A stretch of 64,000 nucleotides of DNA, from contig OZ024748.1 of NCBI GenBank assembly GCA_964016885.1, positions 56,358,001 through 56,422,000 on the forward strand. The letters run 5' to 3'. The position numbers and the translations under genes were made by a program. This DNA is from Eledone cirrhosa. Taxonomy: Eukaryota. The notes below the pieces were generated by a model. That model made no database searches. It saw nothing but the letters and a program-made list of their open reading frames with translations, and was not told the origin of the DNA. Of this stretch, positions 43,041-59,828 are shown in pieces (position 1 is the first letter of the stretch; every line of letters begins with the position of its first letter).

Positions 43041-43626
43041 GTCAGGCCACCAGTTGGTGCTACTGGTAACATGTATTCCAGTACAATCTGTCTCATGGTC
43101 GGGTCGTTGGCGACTAAACTGGCAACCCCACCGAGGTTTCTTGGTGAGGAGGGTGACTTTGGACATCCTGCAGGACTAAAATCAAAACCTGTCAAAGGGC
43201 AAAGGAGCTCTTAAGAGTCAATGGCCATCCAAAATCACCGGGAGAGATGACCCCTTAGCCTTTGTCAAGGCAGAATTCTAGGAGAAGGAAAACCCTGATA
43301 TAACACCTGCAACCCTGATGGTATCCAATGATGTTGACTTCTTCATCTTGGTTAAGAGAGTGGGACTGGCTTTGTGCAGTGCCTTTGATCACTATAAAAG
43401 CTTCACGGCACAGGCATTGCTTAAATATCTGAAGATCTCTCTGCACTTGTCGTCACATGGTACCATGGGCCCAGCATTATGTGTCAATAATTGTCACAGT
43501 GTAGTGTTTTGTACCAGAGTTTTCAAGTCGCTGGCTGGACTAAAAATGTCAGCGCATCGGTAAGGGTACTCCTACATGGACATATAAAGTAGTGGCCGTA
43601 CTCGAAAACGAGTTGGCAGCCAGCAT
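43041..43626 (+). mobile_element. ~590-bp repeat unit 2 bounded by (TATG)n
   Basis: Diverged tandem paralogue of 42314-42930. Confidence 0.75.
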
Positions 43627-43800
43627 ATATGTATGTATGTATGTATGTATATGCAAGTCTGCATGGCCGAACCCTCCAGCATTTCTATTAGCAAAGGAAT
43701 GTCTGAGGGAGAAATCAGATTTATAAACATATGTCGAATGATATTTGAAGTACATACACAGTTATATATCTGTTTATGTACGTAAGTGCATATTTTTGCA

Positions 43801-43841
<41 letters not shown>

Positions 43842-43857
43842 ATGTGTGTGTGTGTGT

Positions 43858-43970
<113 letters not shown>

Positions 43971-44167
43971 CATGCGTATGGCTGTTTGTTTGCGTGTACC
44001 TCAGATAGATATTTTCCAGCCCGTGTATATATGCAAGCCTGCGTTTTTTCTCCTTTACGCATATTTTCGAGCACGTTTCCATATATTTACATTAATGCAT
44101 GAGGTAACCCCGCTGCCAATCACGAGCTGAGTACAGCTGACCCTGAGTTCATCGACAGGCTTAGACA

Positions 44168-44182
44168 AACTACTACTACTAT

Positions 44183-44223
<41 letters not shown>

Positions 44224-44265
44224 ATTCTACTACTACTACCACCACCACCACCACCACCACCACCG

Positions 44266-44314
<49 letters not shown>

Positions 44315-44331
44315 CACTACCACCACCACCG

Positions 44332-44372
<41 letters not shown>

Positions 44373-44479
44373 TCCACTACTACCACTAGCACCATCACCA
44401 CTACTACTACCACTACTTCCACTACCACCACCACCACCACCAATACTACTACTATTACTACCTCTACTACTACTACTAT

Positions 44480-44532
<53 letters not shown>

Positions 44533-44535
44533 ATG
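44168..44535. repeat. (CTA/CCA)n trinucleotide tract
   Basis: Directly visible. Confidence 0.95.
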
Positions 44536-45469
44536 ATGATGATGTTAATAGTAATATCATCATCAACAACAGTAACAACAACAACAATAAAACATCAAAA
44601 CAGTAACCGCGATACTCCTAATAATATCAAGAACAACAATATAAATATTATAATAATATGCGTTCATCATATGACATGTTATATAAGAGTGTGATCATTT
44701 CAAATTCTGCAAAGCGGAAGTAGAATTTTTTACAGTTAGCTTCTCTTGATTTTCTAGATGTTTCTATATTTCTTTGAAAAACTTTTCCCATAATATTTAC
44801 ACTCGTCTCCATATTTTCGTTGTTGAGTAATTTTACATATATTTTAATAGAATCAATATTCAAATATAATAAGTAAATAAATAGCAGAAATAGACGAATA
44901 AATAAATAAATAATGTAAATCATAAATAAATGAACAACGGAAAGATGTGGAGGGGAGGGTGAATGGTGGATGATATAGAATAGGGTGAAGGAGGAAGAGG
45001 CGAGTAAAGAGACTGGAGATTATTGAGATATTTGAAGACAGTAAAAAAAAACGAATATTAAGTTTTAAAAATAACATATGAAAACATATAGACCAAAATG
45101 GCGGTATGCGTATATTTAAATACGATGACAGGAAGTTAACATAAAGCTTCTCCTTGGACATTTCAAACGCAAATCAAAGAGTGGGAGGAGATTGTAGTAC
45201 ATGTTTTAGATCCTTGAAATGATTTTGAAACATTTTATTCGCCCACAAAATATATTTATTTCGTTCATGGTGTTAGGTTGCTGGCTTTTCCATTTATATT
45301 GTTTTATTTCAAGTACTGATATCAGTTTAAAATTTCTTTTTTAAATATTTGTTTTGCCTCCTTGTTCAATTGTATTATTTCTTCTTTTCACTTCACACTC
45401 ACGATCCCGTCCCACTATCTTTGTCACTTTCTCTCCCCCTCTCTTTCTCTCTTTCTTCTCTTCTTCCTC

Positions 45470-45523
<54 letters not shown>

Positions 45524-45701
45524 TGTTATGTGTTTCCGAGAATAATACTTTGTTTGTTGAAAATGTTTAAGTGTGAATAAATCATAAATGAGAGTTAATT
45601 TGTTGGCAAATTAATAGTTATTATGAAATACCATTTATGGATGAGGATGCGTACAGACAGTGACATAAATATATTTATATATACATATACATACATATAT
45701 A

Positions 45702-45771
<70 letters not shown>

Positions 45772-46053
45772 CACATTCATACATACATACATACATACAT
45801 ATATATATATTCAAATGAGAGATTAAAGTTTAAGCAAAGCTTTCACCTTTAACGGGTAACATTTATTATTACTATATATATATATGTAAGTATCTATGTG
45901 TGTATACGTACATACATATATGTATACAGACGTACAGTAGTATGTATATATATATACATACATGCACACATATATATATGGACACATGCATACATACATT
46001 TAAGTAAGTGCCGTACTAAGAGTGAGAAATGGAGTTTCGTTTCATTCTATTCC

Positions 46054-46424
<371 letters not shown>

Positions 46425-46839
46425 GTGATATGGATTTTAAATCTTCATACTTCGTACTCAAATCCCTGTTTATGTCATGCTAGACCCACCTCGTAGTTGG
46501 CTGTATTAAGCATGCTATATATGTATATTAATAAAAGAATGTGTAGTAGCAATACGTATGATCATGAACTATATAAGTAATCACCTTATTCCATGAGTTT
46601 GATGTAGAAGCAAATGAACATGTCCCTGCGTGGTTACTTAAATTGTTATAATAACACACTAACTGTCCCACAAATAATAAATATACAAATTGAAATAGGA
46701 TGCATGAGATAATATAGATATAAAAGTCACATAAACGGAGAGGTGGCTCATGATTTAGAGATGTTGATCATTGGTTTGCACCATCTTGGTAGATATGGCG
46801 TTTAATCAACAAAAATTAATCTAAATCTGAAACATTTGA

Positions 46840-47720
46840 AACAATATATTGGGCAGGAAGTTGTCCAGATTTCAGTCGCACGAAGTCAAATAACTGATCG
46901 ATTATCAATACTGATTCTATCAGTTTCTGAATGGCTTAAGAATGGCGAACAAAGCACTTGATATATTTTATATTTCCAATTTTCCAGTGATGTGCTATTT
47001 GGAATATTTATAAAATTCAGTTATATTAAAATTGGAATTTTATCCCTCTCATTTACTATTTGAACTGGGTTATATAATCGAGAAAGTTTTTCCGCCAATT
47101 TCGAGTAAATGATTAATATCATTGAAGTAGAAATCTAATATTCACTAACCAATTTAAGAGTAGAATTAAATTTAGTGGGTTCAAACATTGGGCCTAATGA
47201 ATCCAAAGAAAACTTCCTAAATATTCGGCTATAATTTGCCACGCCTAGCATACGTAGTTTTATTAGCTACCTTATGTTTATTGTTACTGATCTTGTCCTC
47301 GAAATTGATTTAGTACATGATTTAAAGTATCTATTCTTGCGAAGACATGTCAGCTATTTGATTAAACTACTTCAGTTTCAGATATTTTAACTATCTTCAT
47401 ACTAATGGAATTATTATTACATATAAACTTGAAATCCTGCACCATAGTGATGTAGCAATTGAAAAGAGCAGAGATTACATCAACTAAAATAAATAATTCC
47501 TTTGTCTCCATGGTGCGAAATGTATGTCAAATATAAGTGAACATTAACATATGTAACTTTTTTCTATAACTTTTCTCAAACCTGCTGTGAAGCCTAATAG
47601 TGTACATGAAGCCCTTTTTAAATCAAACTCTGAATTATACGCCAACAATTCTCATCAAATTGGATATTATTCGAACCCTGCGTTAGATCTATTATCCGTG
47701 AAAAAGGTTCTTAACGGATT
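46840..47720 (-). pseudogene. Possible highly decayed Penelope-like RT thumb/linker region
   Basis: Minus-strand pieces occur in PLE-like order: NIQF, SYRKKLH, LYLTYISHH..KGII, ICNN, LRKNRY, RDKIP, AQYI. Many stops and frameshifts. Confidence 0.35.
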
Positions 47721-47962
47721 TATGAAAATAGACGATTGTTCAGTCAACAATATTTCTTTCTCTATTATAGAATTATGAAATGTGATGTCTACTTACTAAT
47801 GTGAATATAACCACTAATAAAACATTAAATAATAACATAAAATAAAATAAATAAGCCCAGGAACTTTAAAACAAAATATTTTAAACCCCGATATAGGATT
47901 GTACTTTTAGCGTAATCTATGTTATTACTATATTACAATCTTGCTATATATGTATGTATATA

Positions 47963-48058
<96 letters not shown>

Positions 48059-48087
48059 GCCATCTTCGGATTTTAGTCTTCATATTT

Positions 48088-48184
48088 ATTGACTTTGCCT
48101 TTCATCCTTACGGGGTCGATAAAATAAAGTACCAGTAATGCACTGGGTAATTGCTGGCCTTGTGCCTAAAGTAGAAACAATTAT
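48088..48184 (+). mobile_element. SINE family A, 3' half
   Basis: GACTTTGCCTTTCATCC...GTAGAAACAATTAT running into (TA)n. Confidence 0.9.
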
Positions 48185-48185
48185 A

Positions 48186-48262
<77 letters not shown>

Positions 48263-48701
48263 GTATATATATATGTATATATATATCCACTAAAGATGAA
48301 TGTAATGGAGATAAACACGAGAATGAAGGATTTGATGAAGAAGTAAGAAATGTGACTATAAAGTGATCTAAGTCAAAGTTTATAGGAAATATTGAAATTC
48401 TGTTTACATCAGACATTTGAGTCATTCACAATTTGTCCAAAAAGTATTCTTTACGTACAGCTCATATAAAAACATTGCAGTAAAGTCGAAAGAAAACTAA
48501 ACAAACAGAAAACACATATAAGTACCCGCAAACAACTCCACGTTCTTTTCATATTTGAAGCTTGAGGGTGATCATGACTTTGAAATATGAGATTTATTGT
48601 GAAACGAGGAAGATATTGCAATAACACCTGCAGGTTTACACGCGTCCAAAAGGGATAGAAAGGGAATGACAAGATATATAAAACATACAGATTTACACGC
48701 A

Positions 48702-48838
<137 letters not shown>

Positions 48839-48848
48839 GTCTATATAT

Positions 48849-48880
<32 letters not shown>

Positions 48881-48887
48881 TCATATA

Positions 48888-48952
<65 letters not shown>

Positions 48953-49473
48953 TTGTGTATATTAATATATATATATATATATATCTACTTGCACCTATCT
49001 AAGATATGTTCCGCAATGCAAATCCCACCCCGACTCCACACGACTTTCCCCACCCACAATGACGACTCTGATTTCCAGTGCCATAAACAACAACATTGAA
49101 AAGAGCTTGGGAGAGCAGAAGTGCAAAAATAAATTGTGAAAACAATAAATGGCAACATGGGTAACGGTCTGTTGCATTCCACAACAAATATCTGAGTGAT
49201 TTCGGATAATGTTTTTAGAATCTTCCGGAGGAGTTGGCACTTCAGCAACGATGCAATAAGATTGAAAAAAAAAATGAAAAATATAATAATAAAAAATCAA
49301 GAAAAAAAAAACGAAAACAAAGGTAAAAAAAAAAGAATCAGCAAAATCGACACCAAAGCAAACAAAATGAAAAACAAACGAACGTATAAAAAGATAATAC
49401 ATTTAAAAAAGACAAATCAACAAAAGTATAGAATAGACAACATACAAAACAAAAACAATCAATGGTGGCGTTA

Positions 49474-49554
49474 GTAATAATAATAATGATAATAATAATA
49501 ATAATAATAACAACAATAAGAAGATGAATAGTAATAGTAGTATTCGTAGTATTC

Positions 49555-49611
<57 letters not shown>

Positions 49612-49630
49612 CTAGTAGTATTCGTAATAT

Positions 49631-49691
<61 letters not shown>

Positions 49692-49716
49692 TGTAGTAGT
49701 AGGAGTAGTTGTAGTA
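49474..49716. repeat. (TAA)n/(TAG)n tract
   Basis: Directly visible. Confidence 0.95.
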
Positions 49717-50362
49717 GCAATCATAGAAATGTAATAAGAGTGGAAGAGAAAAGGAAAAAAAAACGAAGGTAATATCGGTCTTAATCTCAAAAGCATCTCC
49801 AAAAGGCCACAACAACAACAAAAACGATAACTCTAACAAAGACAGTAGCAACAATCACAATCACAATCACAACAAAAACTACAGTAACAACAACAACAAC
49901 AACAACAACAGCAGCAGCAGCAGCAACAACCATGATCACAATCACAACAACAATGACATCAACACAAACGGTGGCAATGATATAAAGTATTGTCCTTTAT
50001 AATGCTATGATCAACAAAAGAAGTGAAAGGGAGGATTTCAACAAATAGACAGCCACACTATCACATAGACACGCACGCACACACACATGCATACACACAC
50101 ACACGCACGCACCCCCCCCCCCCCCACACACACATACATACACAGCGAGATTCATACACAGACACGTCACAACTAAAAAGAACATATATGCTTACCATCA
50201 CACGCAGAATGTGGTTGATATTTACATACATACATACACACACACATATATATATATATATATCTACACACACACACATAATCGAACGAACACACTAAAT
50301 TGCTTCAAAGGGACTCACGGATATACTACCAAAACAAAGCACCACAAATACATATACAGGAT

Positions 50363-50398
<36 letters not shown>

Positions 50399-50674
50399 AG
50401 TGTGAGTGTGTGTGCGTGTATGTGTGTGTGTGTATCGATAGATAGACAGAGATATGTATATATTTATATGTATGTATGTATGCATGACTGTATGTATGTG
50501 TGTGTGTGACTATGTATATATGTATATACAGATATAATATCTATCTATTTTCTCTCTCTCCCTATATATATATATATATATATATATATCTATCTATCTA
50601 CCTATCTATTTATCTATCAATCTATCTACCTAAATTGCCATCTATCCATGTAGCTATCTATCCATATATAAATT

Positions 50675-50742
<68 letters not shown>

Positions 50743-50867
50743 TACTTTATGATCAGTTGGATACGAAAAATACATACAAACACACAGAAACAATTGCAAA
50801 AAATACAAAATAAGTTGGGGAGGGGGGTGAATGGAGGTGGGCAATGACCGAAATGGGTGCCTCTCTG

Positions 50868-50874
50868 ACGATGT

Positions 50875-50915
<41 letters not shown>

Positions 50916-51037
50916 ATGGTGATGGTGGTGCCGATGATGAAGATGATGATGATGATAGCGGTGGTGATGGTGCTGATGATGATGACGATGATGACGATGA
51001 TGGTGATGATGGTGGTGATGAGATGGAAGATAATGTT

Positions 51038-51102
<65 letters not shown>

Positions 51103-51105
51103 TAA
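50868..51105. repeat. (GAT)n/(AAT)n tract
   Basis: Directly visible. Confidence 0.95.
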
Positions 51106-51597
51106 CAGGAGAAATCAGACGGGAATGGCAAATATTGAAAGAATGCACATAAAAATCAAACTACCTGAAAATTTCGGTACTTTTCTTTACGCTTCATGAC
51201 TTTGCTAACAAATCACTGATGCAAACTGGTGTAGATAGAAGGGAAGGCCGGTGTGTTGGGATCCTCATTTGGAAACAAAGAAATAATAACTAAAGCAATA
51301 GTAGTATCACAAATAATAACAACAACGATATCAACAACTTCAAACATCGATATGCGTCAACTTTTCAACCTCTGTACACTCGGTCGACCTGCTAGAAAAA
51401 GCAGCCAAATATATCTAATGTGCCAGCCTACAATCTCATATGAACAAACAAATATTTGAATAAGTTTATCCTCGAGAAATTCGCCATGCTATGATAGTCT
51501 CTATTAGAGTAATTTGAATTATGGATTAGCTCAATCAATATATACCTATAGGTACACAATATCACAATAAAATCAAAGAACGCGTTTACACAGAGTT

Positions 51598-51641
<44 letters not shown>

Positions 51642-51948
51642 TCTCTCACTCCCCCTCTCTCTCTCTCTCTCTGTTTGCTCTCGTCTATTTATATATATAT
51701 GTGTCTTTAAATAAGTTAATGTTAGTTAGCATACACCGTCTTTGTAATTTTGCAAAGGTATATATAGTTGATCGTATCTTGAATTAAGTCCATTTACCGT
51801 CTTCATCTCATAATCTGATCCATGGTGGGTAATCTTATATAGATAGGACTCTCCATAAATAACTGATAGTTGTGGATAACTTCCAATGAGAACCAACATG
51901 TTTTGTGAGCTTCAACTAGATCTGCTCTGCTCGTGTTATTTGTGTTCA

Positions 51949-52137
51949 GGGCGGTGGATTGGCAGTATCGGTAGAGAGTCGGACGCCATGCTTTCCAGCA
52001 TAGTTACGTCCCTTTACGGTCTGAGTTCAAATCCCGCCGAGGTTTACTTTGCCTTTCATCGTTACGGGATCGATAAAATAAAGTACCAGTAATGCACTGG
52101 GTAATTGCTGGTCTTGTGCCTAAAGTAGAAACAGTTA
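51949..52137 (+). mobile_element. SINE family A copy with 16-bp TSD
   Basis: GTTATTTGTGTTCAGG at 51935-51950 and 52134-52149. Confidence 0.95.
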
Positions 52138-52427
52138 TTTGTGTTCAGGACACTATAACTATTCAAATATTTTATTTTATTATTAATGAATGATAGTACG
52201 TTAGAAAAGTTTATAATGCTGAAAGGTAATGTTACGTAGTATTTGGTTGGCAAATATGTGCAATTTTACAGGATTTTGAATACACGTGGTTTAAGATATC
52301 AGTGAGTGTTATTTAGCCTCACTGACAACTAAATAGTTGATGATTGTGTCATTTATTATTTAAGTTTTTAAATCGGAGAATTCCAACGCTTTTCCTCACC
52401 TCAATGTTTTTGCATATTTTTTGGAAG

Positions 52428-52471
<44 letters not shown>

Positions 52472-52474
<3 letters not shown>

Positions 52475-52575
52475 ACTAGAAATTGATTGACATATAAATA
52501 AACATATGAAACAATCACAGGAGATAATTTGTGATTGTTTCATGTTTATTTATATGTCAATCAATTTCTAGTTGA
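52472..52575. repeat. ~47-bp-arm hairpin directly after (TA)n
   Basis: TCAACTAGAAATTGATTGACATATAAATAAACAT(AT)GAAACAATCACA...TGTGATTGTTTCATGTTTATTTATATGTCAATCAATTTCTAGTTGA. Confidence 0.9.
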
Positions 52576-52711
52576 AATAAAATGCTCGGATTTATTCATT
52601 AGAATCTTGGAGCATATTTTATGGGTGATATGGTGCATGTCTATCTGGCATGACACCCTTAATTTAATTTAATTTAATTTAATTTAATTTAATTTAATTT
52701 ATCTTAATTTT

Positions 52712-52745
<34 letters not shown>

Positions 52746-53345
52746 TCATAACGGTAATTTTTCTTTGAAGGCACATTTCTGATATACTATCTCTGTCCAT
52801 TTCACACACCTTTTTAAGCAAACACATACAAAACGCATACACACTTACACACACACAATGAAAGAGTGAATATTCAAAGGTACATTTCCACATGTCTCTG
52901 ACTCAACGTAATCTTGTTAGTTTTTTTCCATTTTTTTTTCAGGTTTACTCAGATGGAAACACACGGAAATATCCACAATCAATCAAACATACGTAGAGAC
53001 AGACATAGACGGATAGAGAGACAATCGGTCGTGTGCAAGGATGTGAGAATAGACCCTTAATACACACAGGGACCTCTTTAAAAGTATATACATAAAAGGG
53101 CATGTATGTACATAGACATATACGCGCTCACACAAATATATATAATATCATGCACATAAACTCACATATATATAAATGCCACACTCTACATAAATATATA
53201 TATATATATATATATATAGGCAATTATACATACGTGCATATCTATCAATCTATCTATTCATCTATATATTGTATATATATATATACATACATATACATAT
53301 ATATATATATTCACATATATACACACACACACACACTCACACACA

Positions 53346-53492
<147 letters not shown>

Positions 53493-53962
53493 TATACATG
53501 TACATAAGTACGTGTGCGTGTGTATGTGTGCCTAAAAAAATACATACGTAAATCAATCATGAATTTGTGACTGGATAATTTTCTCTATGTGCGTCTATAT
53601 CTATTGACCACGAGATTAATATATGTATCAATCAACACCAATTCCATGCTATATCTGACACTAACATTCCCATTGTTATTCCACCTTCATCTAATACCAC
53701 TGCACCCACTAAATCTTCCCTTTTTTACTTTCATATCCATTTCCCGTACAACGCTCCTATGTTCTGCATAGAACACACTAAATCACTTCAATAAATTGCC
53801 TTTCAATCTACAAATCTTCTAAAACATTTGGAACATCGCTTTAGCCAGTGGTTTCAGAAACCAGAAACCCCGTGGGAAACGACTACGGATCTGAATGACA
53901 AAAGGAACTTTATATATATATACATATATATATAAAACAATAAATATATATATATATATATA

Positions 53963-54122
<160 letters not shown>

Positions 54123-54177
54123 TATATATATAAAAATAAATATATATATATATATAATTATATATATATATAAATAA

Positions 54178-54218
<41 letters not shown>

Positions 54219-54241
54219 TATATATATAAATATAAGTATAT

Positions 54242-54408
<167 letters not shown>

Positions 54409-54409
54409 A

Positions 54410-54459
<50 letters not shown>

Positions 54460-54753
54460 ATATATATATAAGATAAAGAAAGAATACCGTAAACATGACT
54501 AAAAAATAGAAATATACTTTTGAAAAGTCAGCCGACATTTATAGGCAGTCAATATCCAACGGTGTACTCTAACGCAGGATACATTCTGATCTTTTATTTA
54601 GTAAGACTCACAAGTGTATTGTTTGATATACTTGTGACGGAGTATACTGTTGCATCCAACAATGTGTCCATCTGCTATTGATGTTATTTCACGCAACGGT
54701 CTTGGGTGTTATTTCTTTGAAGTTGCATCCATCTGTAGACAATATATATACAC

Positions 54754-54867
<114 letters not shown>

Positions 54868-54881
54868 TTATATATATATAC

Positions 54882-54931
<50 letters not shown>

Positions 54932-55416
54932 TTGTATGTGCGTGTGTACGTGTGTGTGTGTGTGTGTACGTATGTGTGTGTGTGTGTGTATGTGTGTGTG
55001 TGTGCGCGCGTGTGTGTGTTTGTCTGTGTGTATGTGGGAATGTACAAAAAACGTATAAATATATACGTATTAGATGTGAATATTCATTTTTACTTTTGCG
55101 CCAATATATTTTAAACTACATGATCCAATATTTTTATCCCTTATTTAACCATGAAACAGTTGTGTTTGATTTACTTGATTGCTATTTCTCACACAAAGAA
55201 GGACCTGTTCTATGCTGAAAGTTCATCAGGCTGTTATTTATACGTGGTTTCCCTGCCATTAAACGACTGAGAGTATAGGAATCTTCCTGGAGTGGACAAC
55301 GACCTATAGCATGTTTAACTACTGCTTGTAGTAATTTCAGCTGCGTATACTGGTGCAACATGAAATATACAGTTTCGCTCAAGAACATCATGTGGATATA
55401 TTATAATACTCTACAT

Positions 55417-55608
55417 ATAATTGTTTTTATTTTTGCTTTTACAAGGTCAGCAATTATTCCAGAGTATTACTGGTACTTTATTTTATCGACTTCGTAATGA
55501 TGAAAGAGAAAATTAACCTCGGCGATATTTGAACTCAAACCGTAAAGGACTGTAAAACTATGCTGCAAAGCAGGGTGTACGACCCACTTCCGCCACAGCC
55601 AATCCACC
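55417..55608 (-). mobile_element. SINE family A copy (diverged)
   Basis: First of a tandem pair. Confidence 0.85.
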
Positions 55609-55612
55609 ATAT

Positions 55613-55802
55613 ATAATTGTTTTACATTTGGTACAAAGACAGCAATTCTCCAAGTGTATTACTGGGGCTTTATTTTATCGACCCCGTAAGGATGAAAGGC
55701 AAAGTTAACCTCGGCGGGATTTGAACTCAGACCATAAAGGTTCGTAGCTCTTTGCTACAAATCATGGCGTCCGACCCTCTACCGATACTGCCAATCCACC
55801 GC
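55613..55802 (-). mobile_element. SINE family A copy
   Basis: Second of the tandem pair. Confidence 0.9.
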
Positions 55803-56508
55803 ATATAATACTATCCGTTAGCATATGAATGACATCGAAGATATAATCCTAACATGAAAAAAGAAACAATTATATAAAGTTTAAGAAATATATGTATCAA
55901 AAGATCAAGAATAGATCAAGGTTAGAAATATTCTAATATACATACTCTTTAGGTATCTAAGTTCAAAATCTTTGCCGATGAGAAGCAATGCCACAATTGA
56001 ATGTGTGTATGTGTGTATGTATGTGTGTGCGTGTGCATGAGTGGTTGTGTGTGTGGCTGTGTGTGTTTCAAAAGTGTCTGTGTGTGTATCAAAATAAGTT
56101 TTAGATATGCTCGATAATTGTAAAGCATTCTGGGAAATATTTCTAACGTTCGGTCCTAAGGTTTGCATTTCGATGAAATATATTTCAATAATAAATTCTA
56201 ATAAACTAACGTAAACTGCAATATAATAAATATATCAGAAGGTTAATAAGTATTTCATTTCCGAGTAATAAATGCTAAGGGATGGAGAAAGTACTTGAGA
56301 GATGTCGAATCTGTCTTTCATGTATTAGTGTTTTCTCATTAGATAACGACTAAGCTAGATTTAATGAAACACATCACTAAAAACGTAAAATATTTCATAC
56401 TATAATTTACTACTCGCTTGTCAAAATGAAAGACATTTTATAACAAGAAACACCAATAATTAAATAAGAACAACTATTCAATACACGCGAACACAAACAC
56501 AATCGCAT

Positions 56509-56554
<46 letters not shown>

Positions 56555-56592
56555 TATATGTGTGTTGTGTGTATATATATATATGTGTGTGT

Positions 56593-56738
<146 letters not shown>

Positions 56739-56755
56739 TATATATATATAGAACT

Positions 56756-56817
<62 letters not shown>

Positions 56818-57489
56818 TGAAGAACCGTCGGCAGCATTCAATACAATAATATTTTGTAAAAAACAATACAACAGTTGTAAAGAAATAGGAACAAACATAC
56901 AATCACTATGTAGAAAAAATAAAGACACATAATCTCATGTTAGCAATAACATTGAAATTATAACAGTGCAAGCAGCAACCTTCTTTAATGAGTTGAGGAG
57001 GAAAGAGGAAAGCTAACTAATGGTAACGAAGTATATGGATTTCTGTTTTTTACAATGGTGACATTATGTAGAAATTGTTCAACATAGAGTTATATCATAG
57101 TCGACAACGCTACTCTCTTCAAACTAATAACAGTTCTCTATGAACAATTGATAACTTGCATTGAAATGTTAGCAGATTATTTATATATTTATTCGTATCT
57201 TTATTTTTACATTTGTATATTAACGTTATTTAGTTGTATATACGTACATATCGTTTGGCAAACGTAGAATTTGAAATATTCCTTCATTTTTATGCCAACC
57301 ATGCTGCAATTAACACGCTTCTAAAGTTTACCACCACTGATCAGAGTCGATTCGAAACTAGTTATTTGTAATTCCCAATTAGTCTTCAAAGAACTCTAGC
57401 AAATACTTCTGCCAACAAAATGAATTGGAGAGTATTTGATGGCAAATGTACCAAAGTTAATACAAAATGAAACAATGAAATAAGAATTC

Positions 57490-57561
<72 letters not shown>

Positions 57562-57698
57562 ATACATATATATATGCATACATATATATATATGCATACA
57601 TATATATATGCATATATATATATTTTATATAGATATATATATACATATATATATACTATATGTATATATGTATGCATATATATATATGCATATATACA

Positions 57699-57802
<104 letters not shown>

Positions 57803-58194
57803 CATATGCCGCCGTCTTACACTTCTTTTTATATGTTTAAAACTTGTACCCTCTATTCTAATGCTAACAGTTTGGGACTGTCTCCAGTGCATGGCATCTT
57901 TTTTTATATTTGGTATAGATGCAGTAGTCGTTGTTCGAAGGAAGGTGATAATGATATTAATCTATTATGTTTTTCATTATTGTTATGTTCACCTTCTATA
58001 TTTTATTATTTGTTTGTAACTTTGATCTTTCGGTTGAAAAAAATTATTCGGTAACTTAATTTATTTCTGTTTAAACAGTAGTGTTAAGATATTATTTGAA
58101 GACTCAACAAAAATCCTACAAATATACACACAGGCACACACACATACGAACACATAAATATTCATATATATATTTACACAGAAACATACACACT

Positions 58195-58225
<31 letters not shown>

Positions 58226-58233
58226 GTCTCTCA

Positions 58234-58325
<92 letters not shown>

Positions 58326-58327
58326 GT

Positions 58328-58371
<44 letters not shown>

Positions 58372-58374
58372 ACA

Positions 58375-58485
<111 letters not shown>

Positions 58486-58492
58486 ATACATA

Positions 58493-58561
<69 letters not shown>

Positions 58562-58966
58562 ATACATACATACATACATACATATATATATATATATGTA
58601 TACATACATACATACATATATATATATATAAAATAGAGTTAAAGGAAGCAATGCAATCGTAAGAATAAAAATAACTATATAAATGATGTGATAATTTAAA
58701 AGTTCCCAATAACCACAACTACAACAGTTATAGCAGTAGTAACAGTAGCATGAGAAGTAGATTCGCAATCGTGCACACTAGTCTGGCACTAACACTGTAA
58801 TATTCATATTTGCAAGTAATTACTAAACAAAAATACCACCTTTGGTTGCTTTTATGCTACATTTCTGTTTCCCTCCATTTTTGCATCGTTTCTTACGCTA
58901 TGATTTATTTCATTATATTTTTGCAGATTAGGTGTATGTATATATGAATGTATGTATAGATGTGTT

Positions 58967-58999
<33 letters not shown>

Positions 59000-59025
59000 G
59001 TATATTTTTACATATACATATATAG

Positions 59026-59099
<74 letters not shown>

Positions 59100-59128
59100 T
59101 ATACGTATAAGTATATATATATACACAC

Positions 59129-59223
<95 letters not shown>

Positions 59224-59770
59224 CATTATATATATATATATACATATAAATAAATATATATAGATATATACATATATACATACGCATACACTCACCGGCA
59301 CACACGCGCAAACACACACACACATATAAAGAAATCTATGCATACGTATATGTATGAGTGTATGTTTGTATGTGTATGTGTGTATGTGTGTGTATCATAC
59401 AGACAAAATTTCGTTTCGTCACTTTCCTTGCTGATCTCGCCACCGTAACAAGAGACCTGATTCCAAGCAATTACCATCTAACCAAGATTATATAGTTGCT
59501 GCCCAAAACATTATATATTGATACTGACGACAATAAACGCTACAGTGGAACCGAACAGAATTTGCTATAAGTTGTTAGTCTCTTAATTTTGTTTCATTTT
59601 CTTAACATTTTCCTTTTTTTTCTTTTTCTGTCTTCCTTCCCCTAACTTTGAAACAAGTTTGATTGTTGTACGCCATCTTGTCTTTCTGCAATTCTTGTTA
59701 TTAGCATTATTGTTTTTATCAATTTCGTTACTGTTATTGTTGTTGTTATTATCATTATTATTATTATTAC

Positions 59771-59828
<58 letters not shown>

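Noticed and set aside
50831-51199. Asp/Asn-rich ORF
   Set aside because: (GAT)n/(AAT)n microsatellite.
55180-55235. Minus-strand CTGATGA...GAAA
   Set aside because: Helix II register is wrong and there is no UH/helix I partner.
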